A stretch of DNA of 63,857 bases, filler included, from Phoronis australis (GCA_002633005.1; 13 parts of 13 records of this genome joined end to end with filler, not necessarily neighbours in it), one strand, 5' to 3'; counted from the whole stretch's first letter, positions 36,056 to 49,600 are shown. Numbers and translations: made by a program. The notes: generated by a model from the letters alone, not told the origin.

Positions 36056-39000
36056 ATGGAGGCCATAGGAAAGAGAAACTTGATTCGTATGCTCATTGAT
36101 TTGATCATTGCTGCTATAAGTACGTAATAGGTGTTTGATTGTTTGATGCCATGGACAGTGCCGCGCGTGGCTGCCGCTAAAGTGTACCAAGTTCAGAATG
36201 GCGTAGTTATAGACTAGAGTAATTGAGGGTCGTGAAAAGGATTTGTACGGATAGCCAGATGTCTGAGGAATGCAACGATACCAAAATCATTCATTTAGAC
36301 CTACATTTAGTGGATTTATTTGGAATAAGTTAGGGTCCATTATATCCGACTAGTGCCAATGCAACTTCCAAGACAATGACTTGACTAGTCTAATACTATA
36401 CATAGTTCATTTTTTACTAAATTGTCTCAACTTGCAAACTTTGAAACTTCCACACCCATCAGTTTAGTCGAACTTAAGACAAAACTCAAGTCAAAAACTT
36501 GTCAAGTACTTTCTTCGAATGAACTTCAGACAAATTGAAGTTAATGTTATCTTAAAATTGGCTTAAATTTAAACATTACGGCGTTTTCCTGTTGGTCCCA
36601 ACTTGTTCGATTCTATAGCCCAACAACTAGTTGGAAAGTTTACCCCTGTAGCCAATATCTTACACGACTGATTACCTCCATTCTGGCATTTATGGTTGGT
36701 GGGCCAGCTCTCTTTTGTTCGATAATTGCTCTAATCTTCAATAAGATCTTATCTACCCCAACTGGACTGTGCTGTTAAAATAAAAGTTAGGTGATAACAT
36801 ATCTGAACATAAACCAATAGCATTTCTGAACTCTTCGTCAAATGGTGATCATGTTTAGTTTTTGAATCACCAAAATCGCCCAACTGCAACCGAAGTTACG
36901 ACAATTCTGTTCTTTCCGAATACACCAATTCACTCTGAGTTTGACTGTGTTCACAGGTGGTCTGTAATAAGCCTGGTAGATAATTGGCCTGCTTGTTGTC
37001 ATAACAGACAAAAGAGTGTGCTTGGCAGTTAACAAAGAGCTAGATGTTATCACTCGCTCAGAACCCCCTACATCTGGTGATGTCACTGAACGGGAAAACG
37101 CTGTCAAGCATGTTTTAGCCAAGCCAGTTTCCTTGGATGGGGTCACTGCTTAATGTCAACTACAAGATCAAGTATGCGTGAATTTGGAATATACCATGAA
37201 ACTTGGGAAGTTCACTCAAATAGTTATCATAACGTTTAATCGTCGTGAGAGACCGTCCGGAGTTGGTATATGGTGCAACTCGGGACAGTCTGGGGTTTAC
37301 AGAAAACCACAATTCAACTGTGAGTCTACACCAATGTGATAAACGAGAGTAGTTCTACTTGCTGCGTCAGCTGTTGGTATGCTTATCTCTTTTATGGCAC
37401 ACAATGTGTGACTGGGCAAAGCGTTTTCAAAATGATGTGGATAAATCAGTGGAGTGTGAGACCCCTGAGGTCCCTGCCAAGTCCTCACGGCAATTTTATG
37501 TTATGATGTTCACATTGATTAAAATTACGCTATACTAAAGCAAATTACATATATCAGTAAAACAATGTGAATTTTAATCAACCTCTTTTCAACTATTGAT
37601 GATCTTATTCACCGAATAAAAAATTGATTAACCGTTCACATATTCATCTGATTCTGTGACACAAGTTCTGGTAGAGGAGGAAAAGGGTGATCGTGAGACC
37701 AATAACTGCAAAAATTCTTTGCAGTGATTGACTTTATAAGTATTATGTATCTACCACTGTTTGCTCTTTATCTTCACATCTCGTCATCTGTAACAACTTG
37801 TTGATGCAGTTGATGGTACAACTAAAACACGAGAGACATTTTGAAGTTCCAAACTGAATTGAGAGTCAAGCACATAAGTGCTTGTGCATACTGTCTGGTT
37901 GTTGTATTATCTTTATTAAAATGTAACACTAAAATAAGCTGTGTTTTTACCTTACAGTCGGGGGAAGTCTTCTTGTAATCAAGTTTGCAGCTGTTCCATT
38001 CCATCGAGGATTTTTTTGTGATGATGAGAGTATTAAACATCCGTTCAAGCACAGCACTATTTCTACTCTATCTATGGCACTCTTTAGTATCATCATCGTC
38101 GCTGCAGGAGTGAGTAACTAGCTAGCAGCTATAATTGTTTATGGTTCGAAATAATGAATAACAATCTTGGTGGTGTGTATTTGCCTGTTTGGATTAACAC
38201 GCAGATTTAAATGGGGGAAATTAATTTGCAAGGCAACATAAAGGTGAAACTTTTACATAATACTGGATGGGCATTAACTTGTATGGGTGGTAAATGGAAA
38301 GGTGGGGTGTCTGTGATACATTGATGGTGAAGATCGTCACATGCAGAGTTAAGCAGGGCAAAATGAGAGTTGTCTTAAACACTGCACTCATGAGAACTAG
38401 GATTGTGTAGACAGTGGTTGTATTCAAAGTCTATTGGAAAAATAAAGTGTTCATACAGGGCTTAATAAGTCCATCCACACGCACCACTATGATAGTGATT
38501 TAAAGTCAGTCAGCAATGTCAAACCAGAATGTGATTATAAAGTGTGTGCCAGTGATTCAACTATGAACGTGACCACAATTTTTTTCTTATAAAATTATGA
38601 ATGCTCAATTGACATATATTACAAATTAAAGAAATGTCATCCAGCCTAGAACTAGGGATTGTAGAGGATGGCACAAAGTGTAACTTTAAAAGTGAAACTT
38701 CACTTCCAGTCACTTCCACTCATGTCAATCCGTTGAATCAGCTGATAACCGAAGGATGTGACTCAATCCTTTTCCAGATGCTTGTTGTTGAAGGTCTTCA
38801 ATACTGGCAGTCTCCAGACAAGATGAAGGCCGTTCCTGTCGGTCCCTGCAGAGTACATGGTTATTTGTACATTTGTTATTACACCATTGGTTTGTTCTTA
38901 TGTGGAATGGGCGTCACACAGCAGTTCACTGATCTGACAAAGAACGCTGTTGGACGTCTGCGACCACACTTCCTGACTCTCTGCAATCCCAACTTTGCCC

Positions 39001-42000
39001 AGCTGAACTGCAGCGGATATGTCGAGGGGGACGTGTGTGACCCGACAGCGGATAAGGAACTTCTTATCGATGCAAGGTAATAGATGAATAATTAACAGAA
39101 AATTTAAATTCTTTCATCTTTTTAATTGTTGAGGTTGATATTACTCTATCTGATGACATTACTTGACCTCGCCTGCATATTCATTCTTCACTTGTTTTTT
39201 GACCCCCGTGTGTTAACTGAAAACAGTCTTCTAATCTATGTTGTGATCTGCTGGGTCACAAGTTGGTAGTCTTACTGGAGTTACTGGACAACTGACCACA
39301 AGTGACCAACGAAGAAACTGTTTTGTGAACTTGAGATCATTTCAAAAATGTTGAGAATTCATGGAATGTGAAAGCTCATAAAAAATATCTTTTAAACAAT
39401 TCCTGGGAAAAGTACCCTCTCGCCATGTCTAGTACACAGTATTTCAATTTCCTCTGGGAGGGAATTTTCACAAAAAACTTTTGAAATACGTGTGAAGGAA
39501 AAACTGTGTAGTCACCACAGAATTTCTAATCGTCCTCCCACTTATTAAAAATGTGCACTCACAGTCATTCGAAAAACAGCTGACTTACAAGAATGATATC
39601 AGTGGCAGATTATCACGTGTGATCATACTCCAAATCTGGGATCGGCACCAATGTATGAGGCAAGCCAGTGATTGAAGCAAGAGATTTCCAAAAGAGACTT
39701 CCAAGTGCATTTTAGAATATATTTGAATACTACGATACTGTTGTTAGTAACTAATATTAAACATCAATTGCCTCTTTATCCGGCAGCTGCTTGAATTCGC
39801 CATTGTTTTGTTTACATCAAATGTCAAAGGTCACATTTTCCATGTAAGGGAAATGTGCTACATCAGTCTATGCCTTGCCATACCAAATAAGGAGACGTGC
39901 TTTGCCTTATGGGAGAAAAATCAACGAAGTGACGAGCTAAAGAACAATGCATTGTCATCGACAGAAATTCCAAATGTTTACAAACAAACTTTGAAATACT
40001 TGGTGAGCAGGCTGAATTCTGTTTCAGTGGCAGACAACCACTTTTAGTAACGCAATTTAGTCTGTTTTTATGTTCCAGGTCTCTTTAACATTGAAGAGGG
40101 ATGTGTGATAACTATTTTTGTGTTACATGGATGTGACCAGTGGCGACTCCATTTGGAGGTGTTAGCGTTGGTCAGACACTGAGCGAGACAATCAATGTTA
40201 TTTTCAGTGTTGTCTCCCCTGTGTTCTGTCACATAGCCCTGTAATAAGATGCCATAGTAACATGAATAAGTACAGCTATTAATGTTTATTCATTTCAGAA
40301 GGTCCTTCATGTCTGGCCATTCATCAGTCTCCATGTATGCAGCTGTTTACTTTGTAGTAAGTGTGCCTCCACCAATGGCATGTTATGTCATGACTGACCT
40401 CAAGGTCATTATGCGCCCACATATTTATATGTGGATGCATTATGCTGTCATCTCCGTCCATCCGTCCATTCGTCCGCTTGACGTATCTTCATGAAATTTT
40501 GCACATGTGTTTCTTCCGTGGATGTGACGGCATGAGGGAACTTTCGAACGGATCCGATTACCGGTGTGTCCCCTAGTGGCAATTTTAGTTTTTTATGTTT
40601 ACCCCTGTGTCTTCAAAAGTCGTCAACGGATTTTCATAAAATTTAGTATATAGGCACCTATTAGGGAGATGACGCTTTCCTCTTGTTTTTGGATGGATTC
40701 AATGTAGTTTGCGCCACCTAGTGGCCATTTTTACTGTTTTCGAGTCTGTTTTTTTGTGTCCACCCCTCTATCAACCAAACCACTCAAAGGATGATTGTGA
40801 AAATTGGCACTTGTGTTCTGACTATGAAGTGAACAGCTGACGATTGTTTTTCGATGATTTTGACTACTGTGGCGCCTCCTAGTGGTAGTTTTTTTTTTTT
40901 TGCGCCTATGGCTGTATCTTCTAAACCGTTCAAAGGATATTTACTAAATTTAATAAGTGCATTTATATGATGTTGACAACGAACAACAACGACTTTTGGA
41001 CGGATCTGACTACTGGTGTGCCACCTAGTGGCAATTTCATTTTTTTATGTTTACCTCTGTATGTTTAAAGGTCCTCAACGTATTTTCATAAAATTTGGCA
41101 TACAGGTATCTGTTAATGAAGTGGCATTATTTCTCTGTTTTCAGATGGATTCGACGTAGTTTGCGCTACCTAGTGGCCACTTTTACTGTTCTCGAGTATG
41201 TTTTTTGGCGTCCACTCGTCTATCAACCAAACCGCTTTCACGATAATTGTGAAAATTGACATGTATATTTTTACTATGAAGAGGATGGCTGACGATGATC
41301 TTCCGATGAGTTCGACTACTGTGGCGCCTCCTAGTTTTGTTTTTTGTGCTCATTGCTGTATCTCCTAAACCATTTGCAGGATCTTTACTTAATTTAGCAA
41401 GTGTATTTATATAATGTTGACAATGAACGACTATGACTTTAGGACAGATATGACTTTTGGTGTGCCCCCTAGTGGCAATTTTATTTTCTTATGTTTACCA
41501 GTCTTTATCTTCAAAGGTCCTCAACAGATTTGCATAAAATATTGAATATAGGCATCTATTGGTGAGATGGCTTTATCATACTGTTTTTGGATGGAATTGA
41601 GGTATTTTGCGCCACCTGGTGACCATTTTTTGCTGTTTTCAAGTCTTGTTTTTGGCGTCCGCCTCTCGATCAACCTAATCATGGTGGGGATGGTTTTGAA
41701 AATTGGCCTGTATGTTTTCAGTGTGAAGAGGACATTTAATGATGGCGACCGACTACTGTGGCGCCTCCTAGTGGTAGTTTTGTTTTGTTTTTCGCCCATA
41801 ACTGTATCTCCAAAATCCACTGCAGGATCTTTATTAAATTTAGTAAGTGAATTTATGTGAAGATAACAGACTGTGACTGTCAGGCGGATTGAACGGACGC
41901 TGTGCCCACAAGTGGCAATTTCATTTTGTTCTGTTTTCCTTTGCTTCTCTGAAGTTCCTTGACAGATTTTATGAAATATGGCATGATCCCGTTTTTGGAT

Positions 42001-45000
42001 GGATTGTACGTTTTTGCGCCATCTAGTGGCCATTTTTATGATAAAAATAAATAACCCTAAAAGCACACCATTTGCGATGTATTCGTGGGCGCATTTCAAC
42101 GCTCCGCGTTGCTCTTGTTTATGTATATTCGTCAGTTCACTCTTTGGTAGAGTTGTTCAATTGTCGTACACCGTCTTTATGCAAATTTATTAATGGTGTG
42201 GTGAATGCTTTGTTCGATTCACTCTCAATTCACCCTCTTCATATGTTGATGTAGGCTATCAACTATATTCATGTTCTATTTACAACATTCATGTTGTATT
42301 TACAACATTCATGTTGTATTTACTACATTCATGTTGTATTTACAACATTCATGTTGTGCTTATAACAAGTAAACAAATGAAAATTCTTCTTTCGTTGATG
42401 TTACCTATGTTGAGGAGTAGGGTGTTATTTTAAACAACTTAATTATATGTCTATGAAGTCCCAGCTTGTGACCGTTAATTATATGTCTATGAATTATGCT
42501 AATTATATATCTATAAGCAATTGCAGGTCTTTTGATATTTCATGCGAAACATTTTCATTGAATGAAATTTGACCGCAATAACATGGTTTTGCTGTCAGTG
42601 TATCTTTCTCATTATATATTTTCTTGTGACATAATTAATGTCAGATTGATCAAGTCACAAATCAAATTCTACAGGCTTTCTGTTTTGTAGACATTTGACT
42701 AAATTCACAGACTTGTTGAGAAGTGTTTACTTATTTTTCCTTTGTTGTCCCTCTGGAATTTAATGTCAACTTTGATATGAAGCTAGTCAGTTGTTGACAA
42801 GTAAAATTAATTAACTTTCTTGTAGATTTATCTCCAAGTTCGTCTGAAAATCAACCGGTATACTTACCTTATAAAGCCCGTAACACAGGCATGGAGTGTT
42901 CTTCTGGCTCTCTATGTGGGTCTGTCCAGGATCTCAGACTACAAGCATCACTGGAGTGACGTCTTGACTGGATGTCTCACTGGGGCAGTTATTGCCATTA
43001 TTACGGTAAGATATTTCAATGCCCCGTAGCGCCATCTTTGAACGAAATTGTTTTGGTCATGTTTTTGGATATAATTCTTTGTTTTGGTTGTTTAAGGTTA
43101 CTTCTACTCCTATTTCACAAAAAATACCATTACAAAAATGGGCGTTAACTAATACGAAAAATCCCGAGCAGGCAGTGTGGCCTTGTGGGATGTCTCGGCT
43201 TCCTGTACCCAAAGTCGTGAGTTCGAGTTAAACTGGCGCACACTGCTTGACCCATGAATCTAGACCCTTAACTCGGTTTTAACCCCGTATTAATGAAACA
43301 TATAAATGTTTCCAGCTGATCAGTGGAATTGTCCCCCCTGAGCGGCATGCACACGTATGGTGCAACATGTACCAGACTCCCTGCAATTATATGGAATGTC
43401 CCAGACATGCTTTTTGAGCATTTTTATCAAAGTTTTAAAACAGAAAATTTGGCGAATGCTGGTGAAGGAATTTTTCCCTGTCAATGTACCTTTCAAAAAC
43501 ATTTTTTCCAAAAACGCAAAGTCACATTACTAGTTACTAGTTGAATCAAGAAGAAGACAACATTTTAATTAAGGGTGCAGGTAGCCTTAACAGACTGTAA
43601 CAGTTCCTTATAAGACGTGGTAAGAAAAAGTTCATTGTTTCAGTAAGAACATTCTTTGCCATTAAATTTGTCACACTCCAGTTTGATTTTGGCTTGAACT
43701 AACATGACAGACCTAGTGCAGGTGAAATAACATGACAGACCTAGTGCAGGTGAAATAACATGACAGACCTAGTGCAGGTGAAATAATATGACAGACCTAG
43801 TGCAGGTGAAAATTCAAGCCTAAACCTAATAAATTTGTGAACTGAAGTGCAAGTTTCAATGACCCCATTTCCTTCCAACACAATAGGGAGCCATCTGGCT
43901 GGGCTGCCAACATTCAGCAGGCACATATAGTTTTATGACATATTGAGATGCATAGGTGACCAAGTAGCCCAAGCAGCTGGACTGAATTGAATGGGCTCTT
44001 GTGTTTGCATTAGCAAACTCCAACCATCTGATGGGAGGATCATCATCCGAAGGTCAATATTTACCTGTTCAATGTACTGGTCAAATTTTCAGAAGAAAAA
44101 TGCACCTAATGACCCCATGTTTGCACTAAATGACCTGAAACTTAGGATTCCGATTTGATTTACCTGTGGCAATCAGACCTGTCAATTTGAAGTGTCTAGC
44201 TCAAAATTTTAGTTTGCACCTAATGACCTTTGTCCTATTTCATCTGATTGGATGACCCGATTACTTAGAAAAGTAATTTTTTAAATTGTCATGTTGACTT
44301 ATACCTGTGCACCGAATTTGAAAAAGATAGCTTTTTAACTGAAGGAGGAGTAGAATTTTGAAAATTATATGACCTTTTCACCAAACGACCTCTTCCGGTG
44401 CAATATGGAATATAACCAATCAAAATTTATATACGGTCAAAAGTCATATGCTGAATTTAAAGACCGTACCTGCACCCAATTTAGAGTTATTAAGCCTCAA
44501 AGTTGGTCGGAAGAAGAATAAGAAGAAGAATAAGAAGAATAAGAATAAGAATAAAATAGAAGAAAACCCAGGAACAACAGTACTCTGCCCTTACACGCGA
44601 AGAGTAATAAGAAGAATAAGAATAAAATTGAAGAAAACCCAGGAACAACAGTACTCTGCGCTTACACGCGCAGAGTAATTATAATAGCAACAAAAGTAAT
44701 TATAATATTATTTATATATCTCATACTACAAATAATACTGAAGTTAGTGTACGTGTCATTTTCAAAAACCCCCTGTGTTTTAAGACTTGTTGCTTCATTT
44801 AGGGCCTTCCAAGAGAACTAAGTGGAAACTATGCAAGGTTAAAAACCGGACAATCGCCGCACAAATGAAGAAGTTCATGATAAATCAACGTTTCGTTTAT
44901 TCGTCAGACATCATCAGGATATTTACACAGGACAACAAGTGTCAACATACATCTCAGATGACATCCATGAAGTGAAGTGAGAGATACAGAGTAGTTAGTA

Positions 45001-46147
45001 GCTGGTCATCACCATTGTTGCAGGGTCACTGAGCTCTGCATGTTGTTCAGAGAATCAGTAGCATGCTGGTTCTGAATGGCCAGTGACTCTTTAATGTACA
45101 GTAGCTAGGATTTTCCAGTTATTGTGTGCCAATGGTTACCCTCTGAATTTTTTGAATAGCTGTAAAAGGCACTTCCTTTCAAAAATGAATGAGGCAGATA
45201 CGGTAGCTGTTATTGGACCTGAGAAATAGAAAGTTTTCTTTTCTCTTGGTTACACCGGGCCAAGTAGTATAAAATTGAAACTTCAATTATCTCGTCTTAT
45301 TCATTGCATAGTCCCAGCCGTTGAACCGATAGTTGTTTTCAAAACCTCTTTGGAAACTTTCCAGTATGCTATGTAAACTGAAGTCACCCATCCCTTTATT
45401 AAACAAGAGCAATGTTGTTTATAAGGTTGAATGTGACAACTGTAAGCAATTCTATATCGGACTCACACAGAGACGCCCCCTGTGACAGGCTGAGAGAACA
45501 TCACACGTCAGAGAAAAGCAACATTATTAGGCATTGTGTTAGTAACAATCACCAAGCCAATTCAGTTAGTGTTATCTGCCGTGAAACAAATAAGGAATTA
45601 CTGTACATTAAAGAGTCACTGGCCTTTCAGAACCAGCATGCTACTGATTCTCTGAACAACATGCAGAACTCAGTGACCCTGCAACTATGGTGATGACCGG
45701 CTACTGACTACTCTGTATCTCTCACTTCACTTCATGGATGTCACCTGAGATGTATGTTGGCACTTGTTGTCCTATGTAAATATCCTGATGATGTCTAACG
45801 AATAGGCGAAACGTTGATTTATCACGAACTTCTTCATTTGTGCGGCGATCGTCCAGTTTTTAATCTTACTGTGGCCAAGAACTGATTTAATTAACTATGC
45901 AAGGGTATTGAGAACGATAACTCATCAAGATATGCAACCTACGAGCTCACCTGTGTACTTAAAGTCCTCCTTTCCTCTCAGTAGGATGTATTCTTACCGT
46001 GTATTTTGTTTTCAGGCGCGTTGTATATCCAACCTCTTCAAACTCCCATGTCAGCGAACTATATCAGCAGTTGAGATGCAGAAGAAAACTGATGAACCTT
46101 CAGTCAATTATGGATCAACAGAGGTCACTGTTGCCAATTGCACTTGA
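36056..46147 (+). CDS. PLPP: Phospholipid (lipid phosphate) phosphatase, PAP2/wunen family, paralog 1; complete, 6 coding exons, 294 aa
   Basis: Exons 36056-36119, 37958-38109, 38778-39076, 40299-40356, 42826-43005 and 46016-46147, all GT-AG and phase compatible (885 nt including stop). Motifs: PFHRGFFCDDESIKHP, C1 KNAVGRLRP, C2 SFMSGHSS, C3 SRISDYKHHWSD. Orthology within the family is not determinable. Confidence 0.95.
40409..42119 (+). mobile_element. Full-length Helentron-associated non-autonomous element (HINE/DINE-1-like), family A
   Basis: Sits in TT with no TSD. 5' subTIR atgcgcccac (40411) with nearby inverted repeat gtggatgcat; (TCCG/TCCA)n microsatellite; about 450-bp internal tandem units; 3' subTIR gtgggcgcat (42085); stem-loop caacgc-tcc-gcgttg; terminal ctcttgtt. 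Confidence 0.88.
42265..42368. repeat. Tandem repeat, 20 bp x about 5, internally palindromic
   Basis: atttacaacattcatgttgt units (acaacat-tc-atgttgt). Confidence 0.88.
43170..43285 (+). mobile_element. tRNA-derived SINE fragment
   Basis: A-box-like tggccttgtgg and B-box gttcgagt at tRNA spacing, without a full cloverleaf. Confidence 0.45.
43701..43811. repeat. Tandem repeat, about 28 bp x 4
   Basis: aacatgacagacctagtgcaggtgaaat repeated. Confidence 0.92.
44040..44678 (-). mobile_element. Second HINE-like family (B), 5' part with duplicated terminus
   Basis: Terminal hairpin tactctgcgc-ttacac-gcgcagagta next to an (AAG/AATAAG)n microsatellite, present twice (about 44510-44608 and 44609-44678). 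The body is rich in tgacc motifs. Confidence 0.6.
44882..44924 (-). ncRNA. Second hammerhead motif copy in the inverted pLTR
   Basis: Minus strand reads atc-CTGATGA-tgtctg-acgaa-taaac-GAAA-cgttgat. Core is intact, with one stem II mismatch. Confidence 0.6.
45778..45822 (+). ncRNA. Minimal type I hammerhead ribozyme motif in Penelope pLTR
   Basis: atc-CTGATGA-t-gtcta-acgaa-taggc-GAAA-cgtt-gat: conserved core, 5-bp stem II, palindromic AACGTT stem III and short stem I. Confidence 0.7.
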
Positions 46148-48525
46148 CATTCCATCTCTTATGTTTTGATAAGTTAACTGACAGAACAGCATTACTATGA
46201 TTGGACGTTTGTTTAATGGTGACAGTCTTGGTGTTTAATGGTGACAGTCTTGGCATTTTGCCAAACCATCAATATGGAAGCTTAGCAAACTTGCCCTAAG
46301 ATGAGAAATGATTTCTGAGTTTGCAAACAACTGTGATAGTTCGTTACTCTTTGAGACCATGCCTGGCACTTAAAATTACGCACCATGACAAGCCAATGTG
46401 TACAGCCTGTTCTCAAGCTATGACAAGCTGCCAGTTGTTTTGAAGCACTGAAACCATCTCCAGTTTGACTAAACAAGAATTTAAGATCAGTTTTGTCGTA
46501 TAATTTGTCTAAAACAAAAGTTGCTTTTACATACTTCCTATTACTGTTTAATTATCTTTGATTGAATTCATATTCAAAATATCTAGGTTGCCGTTTTTTG
46601 GTCAAAGGTTGTATGTATTGCAGGAACTTAATGCCAGCTTTTTATTTTAAAATAATAGCACTTTTAATACTTCTTGACATATTCTTGATCCAAGCACTGT
46701 TATCTGTTATTGAATGCAGGACTGTGTATATCCGCTGGTACTCAATTTGAGGTTGAAGATTTAAAAAGTTTGACAGTGTAAGGTATTGAGAATTAAGTAT
46801 AGAAAGTTGCAGACCCCTCTCCTATTTGTTTTGTTTCATACTCAGTGGAGAAGCATTGTGCCTTGTGCCCTTCTTCTTACAAGTTTTACTGATTTACTTA
46901 CTAGTATATAATAAGCAAAGACTTGCTCTGTTTGTGTTATATGCCTGATGGTGTGAATGCGTTTAATGAAATGGATTTTTTAAAACTAGATGTTGACCAA
47001 TTTTCTCTTATTTTTGACTCTGCTCTATTGACGAGGAAGTATGTTTGCATTTTGATGTGATTCTGTGTATGTTTTGTTGGTTGTGTGGAGGTAATAATGA
47101 AATATCCCCTGTTCAGATGTTTCATTCTAGTTCTAAGACCTCTAGCCTTAAAACACACACACTACTTAAGGTGATACAATACCTCAAAAGGTCAGTTTTT
47201 CACTACCGACAGACAAGAACATTTTACATGTGAACACCCACCACCAGGCATGCTTTTTGTTTCCCTTCTCAAATATAGTGGCATTGCTATGAGAAACGAA
47301 GAGATATGCACTTGTTTACAATACATTAATTTTCCTTTTTGATAGCCACTGTTGAAGCACTCCTGTTGGGTCCTTTGGATACCTGTGGAACATTGTTTCA
47401 TTTTTCATGATGCTTAACATCCGGAACAACCGGAAGCACAACACACCATTGGGCTTGCACAGAAATGGTCTGACATACATGACTATATGACGTCAGTATC
47501 AGATAATGACTGGCATTATGTTCAGAATCTGTTGAACACGGCGACAGGTGTGACATCTTGACATGTACACATCGTGATCATGAAAACAACAAAAGGAGTT
47601 CAAAATACCTACAGAGATTCTTTTAATATGATCAAAATGCACTGAGTACCATTCTCTTCATGTAAGCGTTTTTCGTTGCTTCACGCCTAGACAAACTGGT
47701 ACGGCTCACTGAGGCTTCACCAACTCGATTCCTTACTTTCGAATTTGAAGTTTGGTATTTATCATGAATTACCTGTCATTCGTAAAAGATTTTTGTGTTC
47801 ACATAAATAAACTTCACGTTGTGTTGTCTTACACTGATGGCTACAGGCTCTTTAGTTGTACTGTATTATTCAAGCGGGGGTCACCTTGTGGAACTGGCGA
47901 CCACCCTTATTTCGACAGCGACCACGTGCTTTGCCATGATCGTTTGTTTATCAAACAGGAGCAGTGCGCAATTTCCGCATGCATGCTAGCAGACTTTTGA
48001 CGAACCGGGGGAATATGGGACATGGGGTACTGGTATTAAGGTGTATTTTTAGAGGTACCTATTACGGTTGACGACGTAAATTTGAACTCCAATGACAAAA
48101 AACGTTGAAATCTTTGTTTATGATTGCGAGAGTTCTTTGAGTACCCCTTTCGACATGTACACGATCATTTCAAATAGTAGCCTAGTAAGCAGTGTTTTCC
48201 ACACGTGTGAATTCCTTACAAACAACTCATAGTAACCATCTTCAAAAGAGATACTATTCTTGTGATACTACGGGAAACAGTAACATTATTTTATAACTAA
48301 CCATCGGAAATAGTCCTTTTGTGTAATTCACAAGTAGTGGTGTTCACCGTCGTTCTTCAAAATTCCACCCTTTCGATGGCGGCATTCCTATTGTATTTTT
48401 TCAAATTTTTGGTTGTTTGGGTCGAATGGCTGTGCTGTGCAACAAGGTTTTGTGTTTTTTGATGAATTTGGAATCTCAACTTCCGTCGTGAATACTTGGC
48501 AGTATCGGATTTACATACAGGGGTT

Positions 48526-48692
48526 AGTGCGCTATTCTATATTATGGTAATGGCCATGGATTTAGAATGTCTATATATGTAGCACGCTATTCTATATTTA
48601 TGGTCATGACCATGGATTTAGAGTGTCTATATATTTAGTGCACTATTCTATATTATGGTCATGACCACGGATTTAGATTGCCTATTATGTAG
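48526..48692. repeat. Tandem repeat, about 54 bp x 3
   Basis: gcgctattctatattatggtcatgaccatggatttaga..gtctatat repeated. Confidence 0.85.
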
Positions 48693-49459
48693 CGAGCTAG
48701 GATAATTAGTATGACCAAAAATAGGAATTAGAGCTTGTCATTCGTCTAACAAGTGGGTGAGACGAACTCTTTATAGAATATTTTTTCTATTTGGATTTGA
48801 TATGTCTTACAACTTGAAACTTGTAATGCACCAAGGCTAGCCAATGAATGTATATCGTGTTTATTGAAATACCTTTAGGCAATCATTAGTTTTAGCATAA
48901 TTATTAAAGTTTGACTTGCGGCAATATTGCGTAGCGTTTTAAGACACATGTCCACATTGACGTCATTCAGCATTTAATTCCAAAATTCAATGCACCAACG
49001 CCTCGGATATTTGTCAAGTTTGATATATGTAACCCCCTCTTGTTGCAACAATTAACTACACATGGTTTCTAGAACGTTCTAATATTTCAATTTACGCCTA
49101 GCAACTATAAGAGACGAAACGTGATGTAATTACAGAATTTCATGCAGGATGGCATTGAACTGGAACCCTCTGGTACAACACTTCGGGGCGGCAGGTGGCA
49201 CCCGTGGATTATTAATTAAAATGCGTTTGCCTGACTTACTTGAATGAATCTATGTAATGTTTCTGATGCATAAGTATTTAATGTCGATCATCACAAATTG
49301 TTGTGTCGCCTCTCCCTCCCCCCCTCCCCTCCGGAGAGGGTTCCGCAGAAGACGTGACAAATCTCCCTCTATCCTAGCTACATGTACGCCTCTCAGGATG
49401 TACACTGAAGTCCCTGCCCTAACTGTTGCATACTTCTGTATGCATTATGCATTATACAT

Positions 49460-49600
49460 CATGGACGACGCACCATAGGGGGCTGGGGGGGAGGTTATAG
49501 CCCCGACTTTTTTCAGTGCTAGGCCGATGTGACATGGTCTATAGGCGGTGCCCCACAGGGGGGCTGAGGAGGCTTTAGCCCCACTTTTTTCAGTGCTGCG
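49460..49600 (+). mobile_element. Two tandem left ends of a GC-rich-TIR MITE family
   Basis: catggacgacgcaccatagggggctgggggg...agccccgacttttttcagtgct twice. The reverse-complement end ccctatggtgcaccgtccatg lies at about 16739-16759. Confidence 0.55.

Larger units (their letters stand above)
44835..45868 (+). mobile_element. Penelope-like retroelement, 5'-truncated, with inverted pseudo-LTR
   Basis: 45105-45693 encodes RT C-terminus/linker (LCANGYPLNFL, LGYTGPSS) and GIY-YIG (VVYKVECDNCKQFYIGLTQR..RLREH...IKESL...SLN), with frameshifts. 44835-45103 is the reverse complement of 45599-45868. Confidence 0.9.

Noticed and set aside
41521-42099. 192-aa ORF and other ORFs at 8600-10060 and 41567-42254
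   Set aside because: They lie within non-coding HINE tandem repeats and have no domain motifs; frames are not preserved between copies.
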